Of a stretch of DNA of 64,000 nucleotides, positions 49,403-60,152 are shown piece after piece. Origin of the DNA: an uncultured Gammaproteobacteria bacterium (GTDB lineage: Bacteria > Patescibacteriota > Microgenomatia > Levybacterales > UBA12049); assembly GCA_964537895.1 (NCBI GenBank), contig CAZIDK010000003.1, positions 1,171-65,170 on the forward strand. The letters run 5' to 3'. The position numbers were made by a program, and so were the translations under genes. The notes under the pieces were generated by a model. The model had not been told where the DNA came from, did not search any database, and worked only from the letters and a program-made list of their open reading frames with translations. Each line of letters starts with the position of its first letter. Positions within the stretch are counted from its first letter, which is position 1.

Positions 49403-50074
49403 ATGACAGAAGTTGGAAATTTTTATAAACCAGAAGAAATTAAGCAGCTTTATAGCGAAATCGTTCCTGTGTATCAAATGGCGTTTGCTGGAGAACCATG
49501 GTTTGAAGTTAGCAAATGCGTAGACGCTTTGAGCATTCAAAGGTGCGTAGGGGGATTATCTTCCTTACGCTTGGGCCAATTATGCAAATTGTGTGGAAAT
49601 TATCCAATTCGTACCGCTTATGAAAAAAATGAATTGATAGCCAACTTCGAGGCATTTGCAAAAACTAGACCAACAGCCTGGTATTTAGAAAGAAATGAAT
49701 TAGGAATTACTCTTGCCGCAATTGCCTGGTCTGCAAAGGCAGATACCGTAGCAGATGAAAAATATTCAGATGTTCCAGAGATTAAATCATGGATGATTTC
49801 AAAACTGGGGACACAATCAATCGCGTGGCTGGACGAGGTCTTTGCTGATCGAATTAAGAAACCCAAGAGTAATCTTAAAAATTTTGGAGATATGTGTATT
49901 GGATTGGCGGAGCAACTCCAAGTCGACACCATTGCTTTTAGAACTATTAATGAACGCATGACTGCAGCTGCGATAAGAGATTTTGGATCTGCAGCTTCAG
50001 TTTTTAATAGAACTACTGGCGTTCCTGACCGAAGAGATTTTGTAATTATTAATTTAGGAGGTAATAAAAAATGA
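49403..50074 (+). CDS. putative GNAT-like protein with a Cys cluster
   Basis: Y..AFA.EPW.E motif, 4 clustered Cys, (W/Y)LDEVF; strong SD AGGAGGT. Confidence 0.7.
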   Translation: MTEVGNFYKPEEIKQLYSEIVPVYQMAFAGEPWFEVSKCVDALSIQRCVGGLSSLRLGQLCKLCGNYPIRTAYEKNELIANFEAFAKTRPTAWYLERNELGITLAAIAWSAKADTVADEKYSDVPEIKSWMISKLGTQSIAWLDEVFADRIKKPKSNLKNFGDMCIGLAEQLQVDTIAFRTINERMTAAAIRDFGSAASVFNRTTGVPDRRDFVIINLGGNKK

Positions 50075-50781
50075 GAATTTTGATAATTGGCGGTATGCAC
50101 GGCAATGAGCCTTTGGGTATAAAGCTTGTGAAAAAGTTTATAGATAACCCTGTGGAAAATGTGAATGCGGTTTTTGCTAACGAAAAAGCAATGGAACTGA
50201 ATTGTCGATTTGCAAATCAAGATTTAAACAGATCTTTTCCAGGAAATAGAAATAGCAACAATTATGAGATAAAAAGGGCGGCATATTTGATTAATCTGTG
50301 TAAAAAATATGATATTGTATTTGATTTCCACAACACACATTGCCCAAATAATAATTGTGCTTTTGTAGGAGAATCAGCAAGAGATAGCTTGTATAACGTT
50401 TCCTCCTGGCTTGGAATTAAGAAAATTATCATTGCAGACTATGACTGTATAAACAAATATGTTAGCAATTGTGCATCTATAGAAATCAGTTTGAATAGCA
50501 AGTTGATGAATCCGGATATTTGGTATAGAAAAATATGTCAATTTTCCCAGATGGGAAGAATTCTAAAAGCGAAAGCTATTATCGAGAAATATCGTTTTGT
50601 TTATAGAATTACCCTTGAAGACAGAGATAGATTAAAATTACCGGAAAAAAATCTCAAAGCTTTTAGGAAAATTTCAAAAAAACTAGCCTGGGAGATGGGG
50701 ATTAAGGATCCAGCTTATCCAATCTTTATTGCAGACGAGTACACTCCATATAATTATGGTGGTTTATTACACAAAATTTGA
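50071..50781 (+). CDS. succinylglutamate desuccinylase/aspartoacylase family hydrolase
   Basis: GGMHGNE, DLNRSFPG and DFHNT motifs. Confidence 0.88.
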   Translation: MRILIIGGMHGNEPLGIKLVKKFIDNPVENVNAVFANEKAMELNCRFANQDLNRSFPGNRNSNNYEIKRAAYLINLCKKYDIVFDFHNTHCPNNNCAFVGESARDSLYNVSSWLGIKKIIIADYDCINKYVSNCASIEISLNSKLMNPDIWYRKICQFSQMGRILKAKAIIEKYRFVYRITLEDRDRLKLPEKNLKAFRKISKKLAWEMGIKDPAYPIFIADEYTPYNYGGLLHKI

Positions 50782-50793
50782 TATGATTAGTAT

Positions 50794-51975
50794 ATGAACA
50801 TACAAACTTTAAAGGGTTTTCGTGATTTTTTGCCTAAAGACGCAAAAAAACGTGAGTACGTAATAAACACTTTAAAAACAGTGTTTGAGTCCTATGGCTT
50901 TGAACCCTTAGAAACCCCAAGCCTTGAATACGAAGAAATTTTAGCGGGAAAATACGGAGAAGAAGGCGATAAATTAATGTATAAATTTGAGGACAACGGT
51001 AAAAGAAAAGTTGCGCTTCGCTATGACCAAACTGTTCCCCTGGCCCGTGTTGTTGCGCAGTATCAAAACGAACTTCCAATGCCTTTTAAAAGATACCAAA
51101 TTCAAAATGTCTGGAGAGCCGAGAACACACAAAAAGGCAGATACAGGGAATTTACGCAATGCGATATCGATACTGTCGGCTCCCCTTCTCTAATGTCGGA
51201 TGCGGAAGTAATTTCTTGTGCTTTGGAAACAGTTAAAAAATTAGGATTTAAAAATGCTAAAGTTTTAATAAACGACCGCTCTGTATTTGATAATTTAAAG
51301 CCGCAATTTATTTCTGCAATTGATAAGCTGGAAAAAATCGGAAAAGACGGAGTAACCAAAGAACTTATCAAAAAAGGAATGAGTAAGCCCAACGCTCAGA
51401 AGCTTATTAACTCGTTTGAGGGTAATAAACCGGTACCAAATATCATTAGCTTGTTTAAAAATTTGGAAAAGTTTGGACTTGAAGAAAATAAGGATTTTGT
51501 TTTTAAATCAAGCCTCGCAAGGGGGCTTGATTATTACACTTCTACAGTTTTTGAGATTGCTTCCGAAGACTACATTTATGGCTCCTTGGCCGGTGGCGGA
51601 AGATATGATAATCTAATAGGAATTTTTGCGGGAAAACAAATTCCGGCTGTTGGCTTTTCTTTTGGATTTGATAGAGTTATCGAAGCAATGAGTGAATTAA
51701 ATTTGTTTCCCGCAGGTCTTTCGGTTACAAAAGTTCTGGTAACGAATACCGATGAGAAAAAAGCTTTGGGAACTGCAAAAACCTTGAGGGAAAATGACAT
51801 CAATACGGAAATTTATCTGGATGAAAAAGATTTGGAAAAACAATTAAAATATGCCGACAAAAAAGATATTCCTTTCTCAATTATTTTTGACAAAGATAAA
51901 TTAATTCTTAAAGACATGATTCGAAGAACACAGGAAACTTTAACATTGGAAGAAATAATTAAAAAAATTAAGTAA
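50794..51975 (+). CDS. hisS: histidyl-tRNA synthetase
   Basis: KGFRDFLP, LRYDQTVP, GRYREFTQCD, RGLDYYT and GGGRYD motifs. Confidence 0.97.
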   Translation: MNIQTLKGFRDFLPKDAKKREYVINTLKTVFESYGFEPLETPSLEYEEILAGKYGEEGDKLMYKFEDNGKRKVALRYDQTVPLARVVAQYQNELPMPFKRYQIQNVWRAENTQKGRYREFTQCDIDTVGSPSLMSDAEVISCALETVKKLGFKNAKVLINDRSVFDNLKPQFISAIDKLEKIGKDGVTKELIKKGMSKPNAQKLINSFEGNKPVPNIISLFKNLEKFGLEENKDFVFKSSLARGLDYYTSTVFEIASEDYIYGSLAGGGRYDNLIGIFAGKQIPAVGFSFGFDRVIEAMSELNLFPAGLSVTKVLVTNTDEKKALGTAKTLRENDINTEIYLDEKDLEKQLKYADKKDIPFSIIFDKDKLILKDMIRRTQETLTLEEIIKKIK

Positions 51976-51982
51976 ATCCTAA

Positions 51983-52924
51983 ATGCCCTTTAGAAATTTT
52001 CTAATATCACAAAACAAGACAAGACTCGCAATTTTAGCGCTTATCTTTGCAAATATTATTTGGGGCGCAGGACTTCCTATTTACAAGTGGACACTTGAAG
52101 TAATTCCCCCATTTACTTTTGCTTTTATAAGATTTTTTTTGGGAGCGGTTATTCTTATTCCGTTTGTTTTTAAAAATTTTAAATTCGCAAGAGAAGACAT
52201 ACCAAAACTTTTCTTTGCGTCAATAATCTCTATAACTCTTCAAATACCCCTTCTTTTATTCGGATTAAAATTAGCACCAAGTATTAACGCTCCAATTATA
52301 ATTTCCGCAGGCCCCATAATCCTTCTAGGAGCTTCGATAATTTTTTTTAAAGAGAAAATATCAACAAAATTACTTGCAGGAACGCTTATTAGTCTTTTGG
52401 GGGTTTTAATATTAATCTTTAAACCCGCCTTAGAAGCCGGATTTTCAAGCGGAGTTTTGGGAAATTTTCTTATTTTTCTTGCAACTATCTGCGGCGTAAT
52501 TCAAGCACTTGTTGTTAAAAAAATAATGAAAAGAAATGGTCCTCTGGTAACTGTTTTTCTTACTTTTATTATCGGTTCTCTTTTTCTTTTACCCGGCGTT
52601 TTAATAGAGTATAATTCAACCGGTTTCTTCGCATTAAATATGCAGGCAATTTTAGGAATTATTTATGCAGTTATATTCGCATCGGTATTAGCGCATTATT
52701 TTTTATTTTTTGGCTTAAAAAATATAAAAGTTTCAGAAACAGGTGTTTTTACGTATGTTGACCCTATTGCAACAATTTTAGTCGCGATTCCCCTATTGCA
52801 TGAAACTATTTCCGAATCTTATGTAATTGCAGCAGTACTGGTGTTTTTAGGAATTTATGTTGCGGAAGGAAGAATTCATTACCACCCTTTCCATCTTCTA
52901 AGAAAACAGGCTTCGGAGTTTTAA
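51983..52924 (+). CDS. DMT/EamA family transporter
   Basis: 10 TM helices with duplicated EamA pattern (IWG, P...E). Confidence 0.9.
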   Translation: MPFRNFLISQNKTRLAILALIFANIIWGAGLPIYKWTLEVIPPFTFAFIRFFLGAVILIPFVFKNFKFAREDIPKLFFASIISITLQIPLLLFGLKLAPSINAPIIISAGPIILLGASIIFFKEKISTKLLAGTLISLLGVLILIFKPALEAGFSSGVLGNFLIFLATICGVIQALVVKKIMKRNGPLVTVFLTFIIGSLFLLPGVLIEYNSTGFFALNMQAILGIIYAVIFASVLAHYFLFFGLKNIKVSETGVFTYVDPIATILVAIPLLHETISESYVIAAVLVFLGIYVAEGRIHYHPFHLLRKQASEF

Positions 52925-52931
52925 AAAGTAA

Positions 52932-53708
52932 TTAATTGAATTCCAAAAATAAAGGCAGATGGTCGGAGACCTCATCTTGCAAAACTTTAAAATTTAAAAC
53001 TTTTACATCTTTTGACACTAATACATAGTCGGCATATTTATCTTTTCTTGTATGCAGGTTACTTCTTGTACTTTTAACATTATACTTCTTAATTAGATTA
53101 ACCATTTCCTCTTCCAGTACAAACATGCTCTTCGTGTTCGGGTTTAGATTAAAATCCCCGCAAAGAATTTTTCTATGTTTATATGAATCCAGGAATTTTG
53201 TTATTTTGTCCGATTGTTCCAATCTTTCCGGTGTATCTTCTTTTGATTCGGAAATCCAATATCCATGCAGATTAGCAATCAAAGTTTCTTTTTTATCTTT
53301 CTCTATATTAACAAAATGGATGTTCCTTGGAAAATCCATAAACTGCCCATTCCTTACGGGTTTTGTGTGCTCTTGACCATACGAGCCATAAACAAAAATA
53401 TCTCCTTCGGATAAAACCTTTATTGATTTTCTGACAAAAGTAGCCTGTCCAAAAAATAGCTCAAAATCTACCTTTTCCTTAGTATCGTGTCCTGCAAACA
53501 TCGGGACGAAATAACCATTGTAATCTTTTAAAATATTGGCAATATCGGAATAAATATTCGTCTTTATATCATTATGAAAAATATTTCTGTCGGATTTGAA
53601 TACTTCCTGAAAGCAGAAAATGTCAACCGTTTCACTTTGTTTTTTTAAAAAACTTATCAGCGGTTCGTAAACTTGCCCTCCCCAAATATTTAACGTAATT
53701 AATTTCAT
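52932..53708 (-). CDS. endonuclease/exonuclease/phosphatase family protein
   Basis: TLNIW, CFQEV, CGDFN, DY and SDHLP motifs. Confidence 0.9.
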   Translation of the reverse strand: MKLITLNIWGGQVYEPLISFLKKQSETVDIFCFQEVFKSDRNIFHNDIKTNIYSDIANILKDYNGYFVPMFAGHDTKEKVDFELFFGQATFVRKSIKVLSEGDIFVYGSYGQEHTKPVRNGQFMDFPRNIHFVNIEKDKKETLIANLHGYWISESKEDTPERLEQSDKITKFLDSYKHRKILCGDFNLNPNTKSMFVLEEEMVNLIKKYNVKSTRSNLHTRKDKYADYVLVSKDVKVLNFKVLQDEVSDHLPLFLEFN

Positions 53709-53710
53709 TT

Positions 53711-54364
53711 TTATTCTTTTCCTTCCCATTCTTTAAAGAATTTCTGAAGAAACTCTTCCATATATTTATGTCTTCCTAGTGCGATTTGTCTTGCGGTTTC
53801 AGTATTCATTCTGTCTTTTAAAAGCAGCAGTTTTTCATAGAAATGATTTATGGTCGGGCTCTTGCTGTTTTTATATTCTTCAAATGAATTATGCAGAATC
53901 GGTTTTAAGTTTGGGTTGTGGATTTCGTGCCCCATTTTTCCTCCATATGCGAAAGTCCTGGTAATTCCAATTGCGCCAATCGCATCCAGCTTATCCGCGT
54001 CCTGCACAACCATCCCCTCTTTTGTTTTCATTTGAGATTTTACGTTTGCTCCCCTAAAACTTATATCTTTTATAATTTGACAAACGTGCACAATATATTT
54101 TTCTTCGACATTAAGCGTTTTCAGCCACTTCCTTGCGGTTTTTGGTCCGATTTCTTCGTTCCCTCCGTGTAATTTCCAGTCGGCGATATCATGCAAGAGG
54201 GCGGCTACTTCTACTACAAACATATCAACCTTTTCTGTTTTTCCGATATGTTTTGCCATTTTCCAAACCCTATAAACATGCCACCAGTCATGTCCGCTCG
54301 CCTCCCCTTCCAGGATTTTTTTGGCATAATCCGCAGTTTTTTGAATTATTATTTTTTTATCCAT
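53711..54364 (-). CDS. HD-domain phosphohydrolase (YpgQ/YedJ-like)
   Basis: HDWWH, LHD, QDADKLDAIGAIG and HFYEKLL motifs. Confidence 0.9.
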   Translation of the reverse strand: MDKKIIIQKTADYAKKILEGEASGHDWWHVYRVWKMAKHIGKTEKVDMFVVEVAALLHDIADWKLHGGNEEIGPKTARKWLKTLNVEEKYIVHVCQIIKDISFRGANVKSQMKTKEGMVVQDADKLDAIGAIGITRTFAYGGKMGHEIHNPNLKPILHNSFEEYKNSKSPTINHFYEKLLLLKDRMNTETARQIALGRHKYMEEFLQKFFKEWEGKE

Positions 54365-54407
54365 CGATGTTGATTATATCACGCAGAAAACTTGCGGGAG
54401 GGAAAAT

Positions 54408-54752
54408 TTATATTTCCATTTTATCTTTTATTTTTTCAAGTCCGGCTTTAGTCATTTTCCCTTCTTTTATTAACTTTTTTATTCTTTCCTTATTACTCTC
54501 CGATAAATTGCTTTTTTCTTTTCTTGGGGTAAATCTGCCGGCAAATGTTTCCCTATCAATCCCCTTTTCTATGCTATCTATCCAGCCAAAACAAAGAGCT
54601 TCTTCAACCGCATCGTTATAGGAAATTGTTGGTTTTCCTGTTGTTTTCTTGTAATAGATAAGCCAAATCTCCTTTTCCTTATCGTAGTTTTTAGAAAACC
54701 ACTTTCTCCACTCTTTCCTATTTGTTACATAAAGAGTTTTTCCAATATTCAT
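54408..54752 (-). CDS. YdeI/OmpD-associated family protein (N-terminal domain only)
   Basis: WR.W, AVEEALCFGWIDS, RFTPR and G.M..AG motifs. Confidence 0.85.
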   Translation of the reverse strand: MNIGKTLYVTNRKEWRKWFSKNYDKEKEIWLIYYKKTTGKPTISYNDAVEEALCFGWIDSIEKGIDRETFAGRFTPRKEKSNLSESNKERIKKLIKEGKMTKAGLEKIKDKMEI

Positions 54753-54758
54753 AAACCA

Positions 54759-54914
54759 ATTATACCACGGGAAAATTTGAAACTAAAGAAAAAATAGATT
54801 ACTGCAGATATACTAGTATACTTGTAATAAAAGGATTATGTAGTGATGTATCAATACATTAAAACATAATCAACTAAATAAATATCGGGGTGAAAATAAA
54901 CGCGGGAGAAATTG
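54759..54914 (+). repeat. about 155-bp direct repeat, copy 1 (extended -10, GGGAAAATTTG, two hairpins)
   Basis: Near-identical to 55601..55756. Confidence 0.93.
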
Positions 54915-54969
54915 GTTTTGCTAATCATAAAGTTTTGGCATATAATAAAATTAAAGGAGGTGATTTGAA

Positions 54970-55176
54970 ATGCTAGACGAAAGAGGAGAAACTCCGCGTC
55001 CCCCGGAAGTTCCTGAAAAAGCTCCCGAGTCCGGAGCTACACCGCCAGTTCTTCCTAAACCTGAGGCTGAAACATCAGTTCCTAAACCAGATTCATTATT
55101 AGACAAGCTGCAATCAGAAGCGACTAGGACAATTGGCGCAGGAAAAAGCGGACAAAGCGGCAGCTCCCATACTTAA
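54970..55176 (+). CDS. small Pro/Glu-rich hypothetical protein
   Basis: TATAAT and AGGAGGTG SD upstream. Confidence 0.6.
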   Translation: MLDERGETPRPPEVPEKAPESGATPPVLPKPEAETSVPKPDSLLDKLQSEATRTIGAGKSGQSGSSHT

Positions 55177-55240
55177 ATCTTGAGTAGATTATAACATGTG
55201 GAGAAGGTTGAGGCGGGAAAACTTGCGGGAGAGAAAATTT

Positions 55241-55594
55241 CTATGAAACCATTATCTTATCGTCTGCTACCGAAGGAAATCTGATAGTTTGAACAACGAT
55301 TTCATCGCTCAAAACTTTTTTTATGCAAACTGTGATCTTTGGCGGAATAATTAAATAATCCCCCTCATTCATTTCTACTTCCTGTCCGTCGACCTCCCAA
55401 ATTCCCTTTCCATTCCAAATAATATCAAGTTTCGTTGAGGTCTTATTAAAATGGGGCTTGGATGAAAAAGATTTATCAAGCTTTGCTATTTTTATTTCTG
55501 CCCTATCATCTTTCGCTAAACCTTCCGGCATAAAACTTCCATAAATCCACCCGTTTCTTTCTTTTTCTTCGAATGCATTTCCTTTTTTATACAT
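55241..55594 (-). CDS. cupin-domain protein
   Basis: GW..G.F, H, G......DG......GDY.IIPP cupin pattern. Confidence 0.8.
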   Translation of the reverse strand: MYKKGNAFEEKERNGWIYGSFMPEGLAKDDRAEIKIAKLDKSFSSKPHFNKTSTKLDIIWNGKGIWEVDGQEVEMNEGDYLIIPPKITVCIKKVLSDEIVVQTIRFPSVADDKIMVS

Positions 55595-55600
55595 AAGTTG

Positions 55601-55756
55601 ATTATACCACGGGGAAATTTGAAACTAAAGAAAAATAGATTACTGCAGATATACTAGTATACTTGTAATAAAAGGATTATGTAGTGATGTATCAATACAT
55701 TAAAACATAATCAACTAAATAAATATCTGAGTGAAAAATAACTCGGGAGGAATTGG
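55601..55756 (+). repeat. about 155-bp direct repeat, copy 2
   Basis: Near-identical to 54759..54914. Confidence 0.93.
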
Positions 55757-55782
55757 GAGAAGACGTAATACGATCGTAATCC

Positions 55783-56442
55783 CTACTCAGATTTTACATT
55801 TTCCCCTAGTTCTTTAACATCACCATGTTGTCTATGGAATAAATAATGCATGAATCCTCCCATCCTTTTTCCTTCTTTATCAATAGTTTTTTTATCTAGA
55901 GATATGAAGCTAAATGTGCCCATAATTGGTTGCAAATTCATTATCTCCTTCTCTATTACAAAACCTTGCTCCACCATATACTCGTCATTATTAAAATTAC
56001 TGAAATATACTACAGCAGTTAGTCTACTTCTCAATCCACCCCTTGAGTCTTCTTTGTATCTTATGTTTTCGAAATCTTTTTTGGGTATATGAATATGAGT
56101 TTTGGAACTAACTCCTCTTTCTATATAGTCTATCGAGTGTTCCGATACTGCTACGATTTCGCTTGTTTCCCTATCATAAAATTCTACTTGAATTTCAAAC
56201 GCTGGACCATTTCCAATATTTTTTAAGCTACATTCTACACAATACGTATCTTGCTTAAATTTTTTGTTTTCACTTCCGATGTTAAATTCCTCAGCTATAA
56301 CCAATGGGAGCATGCTGTCTTTTCTTTGTTTTGATATTTCCCTAACGGTAGCTCTAGTTTGATATGCGTAATAAATAGTTACCAAAATCAGCACAACTGT
56401 TGAGAAAGACTGTACTGCTGTTAAAGCTATAATGGGATTCAT
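55783..56442 (-). CDS. membrane-anchored hypothetical protein
   Basis: N-terminal TM helix (LV..TIYYA.QT) and L.NIG.GPA motif; start probably at MNPII. Confidence 0.7.
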   Translation of the reverse strand: MNPIIALTAVQSFSTVVLILVTIYYAYQTRATVREISKQRKDSMLPLVIAEEFNIGSENKKFKQDTYCVECSLKNIGNGPAFEIQVEFYDRETSEIVAVSEHSIDYIERGVSSKTHIHIPKKDFENIRYKEDSRGGLRSRLTAVVYFSNFNNDEYMVEQGFVIEKEIMNLQPIMGTFSFISLDKKTIDKEGKRMGGFMHYLFHRQHGDVKELGENVKSE

Positions 56443-56520
56443 GGAGACAATATTAGAACTATTAACTATAATTGTCAATAATTGTTGTGTTAAGCTCGAT
56501 TTTCCTGTATAATAAATCTA

Positions 56521-56808
56521 ATGAAACAGCAAATTCATCCGCAATATTTTGAACAGGCGCAGGTTATTTGTGCCTGCGGAAACAGATTTACAACCGGCTC
56601 AACGCAGGAAGTAATTAAAGTGGAACTCTGCAGTAAATGCCACCCCTTTTATACGGGCGAACAAAGATTTATTGATTCAGGTTCAAAGATTCAAAAATTC
56701 CAGGCTAAGCAGGAAGCCGCAAAAGAATATGTTGCCAAGAAAAAAGAAGTTAAAAAAGACGATTCCGGACCGCAGACACTCCGCGAAATGCTTGACGCAT
56801 TAAAATAG
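56521..56808 (+). CDS. rpmE: 50S ribosomal protein L31
   Basis: MK..IHP.Y, CACG and [10 protein letters not shown] motifs. Confidence 0.97.
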   Translation: MKQQIHPQYFEQAQVICACGNRFTTGSTQEVIKVELCSKCHPFYTGEQRFIDSGSKIQKFQAKQEAAKEYVAKKKEVKKDDSGPQTLREMLDALK

Positions 56809-56826
56809 CTAACGCGGATACCCCCA

Positions 56827-57732
56827 ATGGATTACAGAGAAACTCAATTAAGTGAACTTAATAAGAAAATTGAAGAAACAAAAACTCTTCTTTCCGATCC
56901 CTCTTTGATTGAGATGGCAAAAGCAGAAATTGAGGATTTAGCAAAACAAAAAGCAGAAATTGAGGCAACTTTCCAAATTAGCAAGGAAGAAGCAAACGAT
57001 TCTTTGGATACAAGGAACGTAATTATCGAAGTTTCGGGTGCGGCCGGAGGCGAAGAAGCAAAAATCTGGGGGCAGGATCTACTGCGGATGTATTCAAGAT
57101 TTGCCCAGATTAAGGGATTTAAAATTGAAACGTTGGACGAAAACGTAATTAAAGTGGAGGGAACAGGAGCTTTTGAATTATTTAAATATGAGGCCGGAGT
57201 TCACAGGGTGCAAAGAACTCCCGAGACTGAAAAACGGGGCAGAATTCACACTTCTACCGCAACCGTTTCTGTTTTGCCGGAACTTGAAGATATTGATTTA
57301 CACATCAACCCCGACGATATTACTTTTGAAGCTTTTAGAAGCGGCGGACACGGAGGGCAAAATGTCAATAAAGTTTCAACAGCCGTAAGGCTTATTCATA
57401 AACCAAGCGGCATTATTGTTACCTGTCAAACTCAAAGGTTTCAGGCGCAAAACCGGGAACTGGCAATGGAAATGTTAAGGGCAAAACTTTGGGAAGCCGA
57501 AGTAGAAAAACAGCACGGAGAAATTTCAAGCTTAAAAGCAACCCAGGTTGGCCGCGGCATGCGGGCCGAAAAAATAAGAACGTATAATTTTCCCCAAGAC
57601 AGGCTTACAGATCATAGAATTAACAAATCGTGGCATAATCTTGAGGCAATTTTAGAGGGAAACTTTAACCAAGTTATTACCGACATGAAGGTTTTAGAAA
57701 CTACTGCAGATACCTTAAGTCCTTCTCTCTAA
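56827..57732 (+). CDS. prfA: peptide chain release factor 1
   Basis: GVHRVQR, PET (PxT) motif, GGQ and [13 protein letters not shown] motifs. Confidence 0.93.
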   Translation: MDYRETQLSELNKKIEETKTLLSDPSLIEMAKAEIEDLAKQKAEIEATFQISKEEANDSLDTRNVIIEVSGAAGGEEAKIWGQDLLRMYSRFAQIKGFKIETLDENVIKVEGTGAFELFKYEAGVHRVQRTPETEKRGRIHTSTATVSVLPELEDIDLHINPDDITFEAFRSGGHGGQNVNKVSTAVRLIHKPSGIIVTCQTQRFQAQNRELAMEMLRAKLWEAEVEKQHGEISSLKATQVGRGMRAEKIRTYNFPQDRLTDHRINKSWHNLEAILEGNFNQVITDMKVLETTADTLSPSL

Positions 57733-59386
57733 GTTTTTCTATATTTTCTAAAGAGTTTTCGGCAATAATTTTTGCGATTTGTCTTCCCCCTGCCAAATGA
57801 GGCAAAATAACATAATCTGCCCCAAGACTGTAAAGCTCCCTGGCATCGTGAGTATCAAATGCCATCATAATAACTTTTGCTTTTCTGTTTTCTTTTTTTA
57901 ACGAGTTCAACAAAATTGTATTATCTTCCAAATCGGGAACCGTTGAAACCACTAGCTTTGCATTATTAATTTGAGCTTTTTCCTGAATATCGACATCAGA
58001 TATGTCTCCAAAAAGATATAGAAGATCTTGATCTTTGAATTTAGAAATCATATAGGGGTCAAAATCAACTACCACAAGCTTTTCTCCCTTACTTTCCAGA
58101 GCCTCTATTATGCTTTGTCCCATCTGGTCTCCTCCAATTATTACTACATGATTATTAAGATTATCAAACTCATCGCCGGAAATAACGTGATCCCCTCTTA
58201 GCTTTTTTCTCTCAAAAATATTAAGATAAGGACTTAAGTATTTATATAAATAATTGCCGTTTAAAATCATGTATGAAGAAATAGTAAATGTTATTATTCC
58301 CACTAATGTAATTAACGACACAACTTCGTCCGATAAATGGCCAAGTTTATTTCCTAAAAATATAAGTATAAGACTAAACTCAGATATTTGAGCAACTGTT
58401 AGGCCAGCTAAAAAACCAATCCTTTTTTTGTATCCAAGCGCTCCAATTATTATCATTACTATTAAAGGATTTCCAATTAGTATAAATGCGGAAAATATAA
58501 TTGCCGGAATAAGTATTTGGGAGATGTTTGCAAGCGCAAGGCTTGTTCCTAAACTTACGAAGAAAAGTATAATAAAAAAATCTCTTAAGGACCTAACTCT
58601 AGCAACGATTTGAAAACTCTCCACCGAATTAGCAAGAGCAAGTCCTGCAAGAAATCCGCCGATCTCAATTGAAAAACCCACAAACGGTGAGCTGACCAAA
58701 AAAGATATGGCAAATGCCCATGCAAGACTAAATAGAAAAAGCGTTTCCGAGCTATGGGGAATTTTTTCAATTATCTTGGGGAGAATAGCTTTACTTAGAT
58801 ATATTACTCCGGCAAAAAGCAAAATGCCTTTTATAATAACCAAAACAAATTCTCCTGGATCTATTGAAATACTACCCGTACTAAAGCCTGAAAGAAAAAT
58901 TAAGGCCAATATTGCAACAAAGTCTTGTACCAACAAAAAGCCTACCGATATTTTTCCATAAAGACTTTTTAAATCTCTTTTATCAGACAAAAGTTTGACA
59001 ATAATAATTGTGCTTGAAAATGTTAAAGCAATACTTATATAAACGGAGGCAATAACATCAAATCCAAGCATTAAAGATATAAAAAATCCGATAATTGAGG
59101 TAAAAACAATCTGACCCATTCCTGTAATAACCGCTACCCTACCTACAGCCTTTAGCTCGGAAAATCTTAATTCCAATCCGACCATAAATAAAAGCAGCGT
59201 AATACCAATTTCCGACAACGACCTGATAACTTCAGGATTATTAATTTTTTCGCCGGCCAACGGACCCAAAATAATCCCTGTTAATATATAAGCCAAAATA
59301 GCCGGTTGTTTTAAAATTTTAAAAATTATTGAAAGAAATGCAGCAAGACCTGTAATTATTGTTATATCAAGGAAAAGATTACCCAT
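57701..59386 (-). CDS. Kef-type cation:proton antiporter with TrkA-N domain
   Basis: LLF.VGLE, LLVQD and QISEFS motifs; C-terminal KTN domain. Confidence 0.9.
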   Translation of the reverse strand: MGNLFLDITIITGLAAFLSIIFKILKQPAILAYILTGIILGPLAGEKINNPEVIRSLSEIGITLLLFMVGLELRFSELKAVGRVAVITGMGQIVFTSIIGFFISLMLGFDVIASVYISIALTFSSTIIIVKLLSDKRDLKSLYGKISVGFLLVQDFVAILALIFLSGFSTGSISIDPGEFVLVIIKGILLFAGVIYLSKAILPKIIEKIPHSSETLFLFSLAWAFAISFLVSSPFVGFSIEIGGFLAGLALANSVESFQIVARVRSLRDFFIILFFVSLGTSLALANISQILIPAIIFSAFILIGNPLIVMIIIGALGYKKRIGFLAGLTVAQISEFSLILIFLGNKLGHLSDEVVSLITLVGIITFTISSYMILNGNYLYKYLSPYLNIFERKKLRGDHVISGDEFDNLNNHVVIIGGDQMGQSIIEALESKGEKLVVVDFDPYMISKFKDQDLLYLFGDISDVDIQEKAQINNAKLVVSTVPDLEDNTILLNSLKKENRKAKVIMMAFDTHDARELYSLGADYVILPHLAGGRQIAKIIAENSLENIEKLREKDLRYLQ

Positions 59387-59466
59387 TAGATTATTTATAC
59401 TATTAAATCCGTTTATCAGTCAATCACGAGCTTTACATAAAATTCAATACTTGTTATATTAATAAA

Positions 59467-60152
59467 ATGGAATTGACGCTCATTGAAAAAAGGCAGGAAA
59501 CCCTAGACGCTGTTTCGTTTTTTTTCAAACCATCCTTCCCTATTTTATGGACTCCCGGGCAGTTTCTAATTTACACTCTTGAGCATAAAAATCCGGATAT
59601 CAGAGGAAAAATGCGTTTTTTTACAATTTCCACGGCACCTTTTGAAAACCATATTGCAATTACTACTAAAATTGACGACAAAACTCCCAGCAGTTTTAAA
59701 AAAGCATTAAGCCAAATGCCAATTGGCGGAAAAATCGAAGGAAAAGGACCGGACGGAAATTTTGTTCTGGAAGACGTATTTGCAGAGTATGTTTTTATTG
59801 CCGGCGGAATAGGAATTACGCCGTTTAGACCGATTATTCTTGATTTGGCAAACGATAAATCTCCGATAAACGTTACGCTTTTATATGCAAATAAAACCGG
59901 AGACATTCTTTTCAAGAATGAGCTTGAAGAAATTGCAAAATCAAACCCAAACTTTAAAATTAATTATTTTATAAGCCCAAATCACATTACTGAGGATTCT
60001 ATCAAGAAACTTGTACCCGATTCAAAACAGCCTTTATATTATATTTCCGGACCAAATAATATGGTTGAAGATTTACTGGCCATATTAAAAAAATAGGAGT
60101 TGAAGACAAGAGAATAAAACTTGACTATTTCCACGGCTACGAAAAAATTTAA
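59467..60152 (+). pseudogene. FAD-dependent oxidoreductase (ferredoxin reductase-like), frameshifted near the C-terminus
   Basis: PGQ, R.FTIS, AGGIGITP and ISGP motifs; TAG at 60094 after an A7 tract; the -1 frame gives IGVEDKRIKLDYFHGY. Confidence 0.75.
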
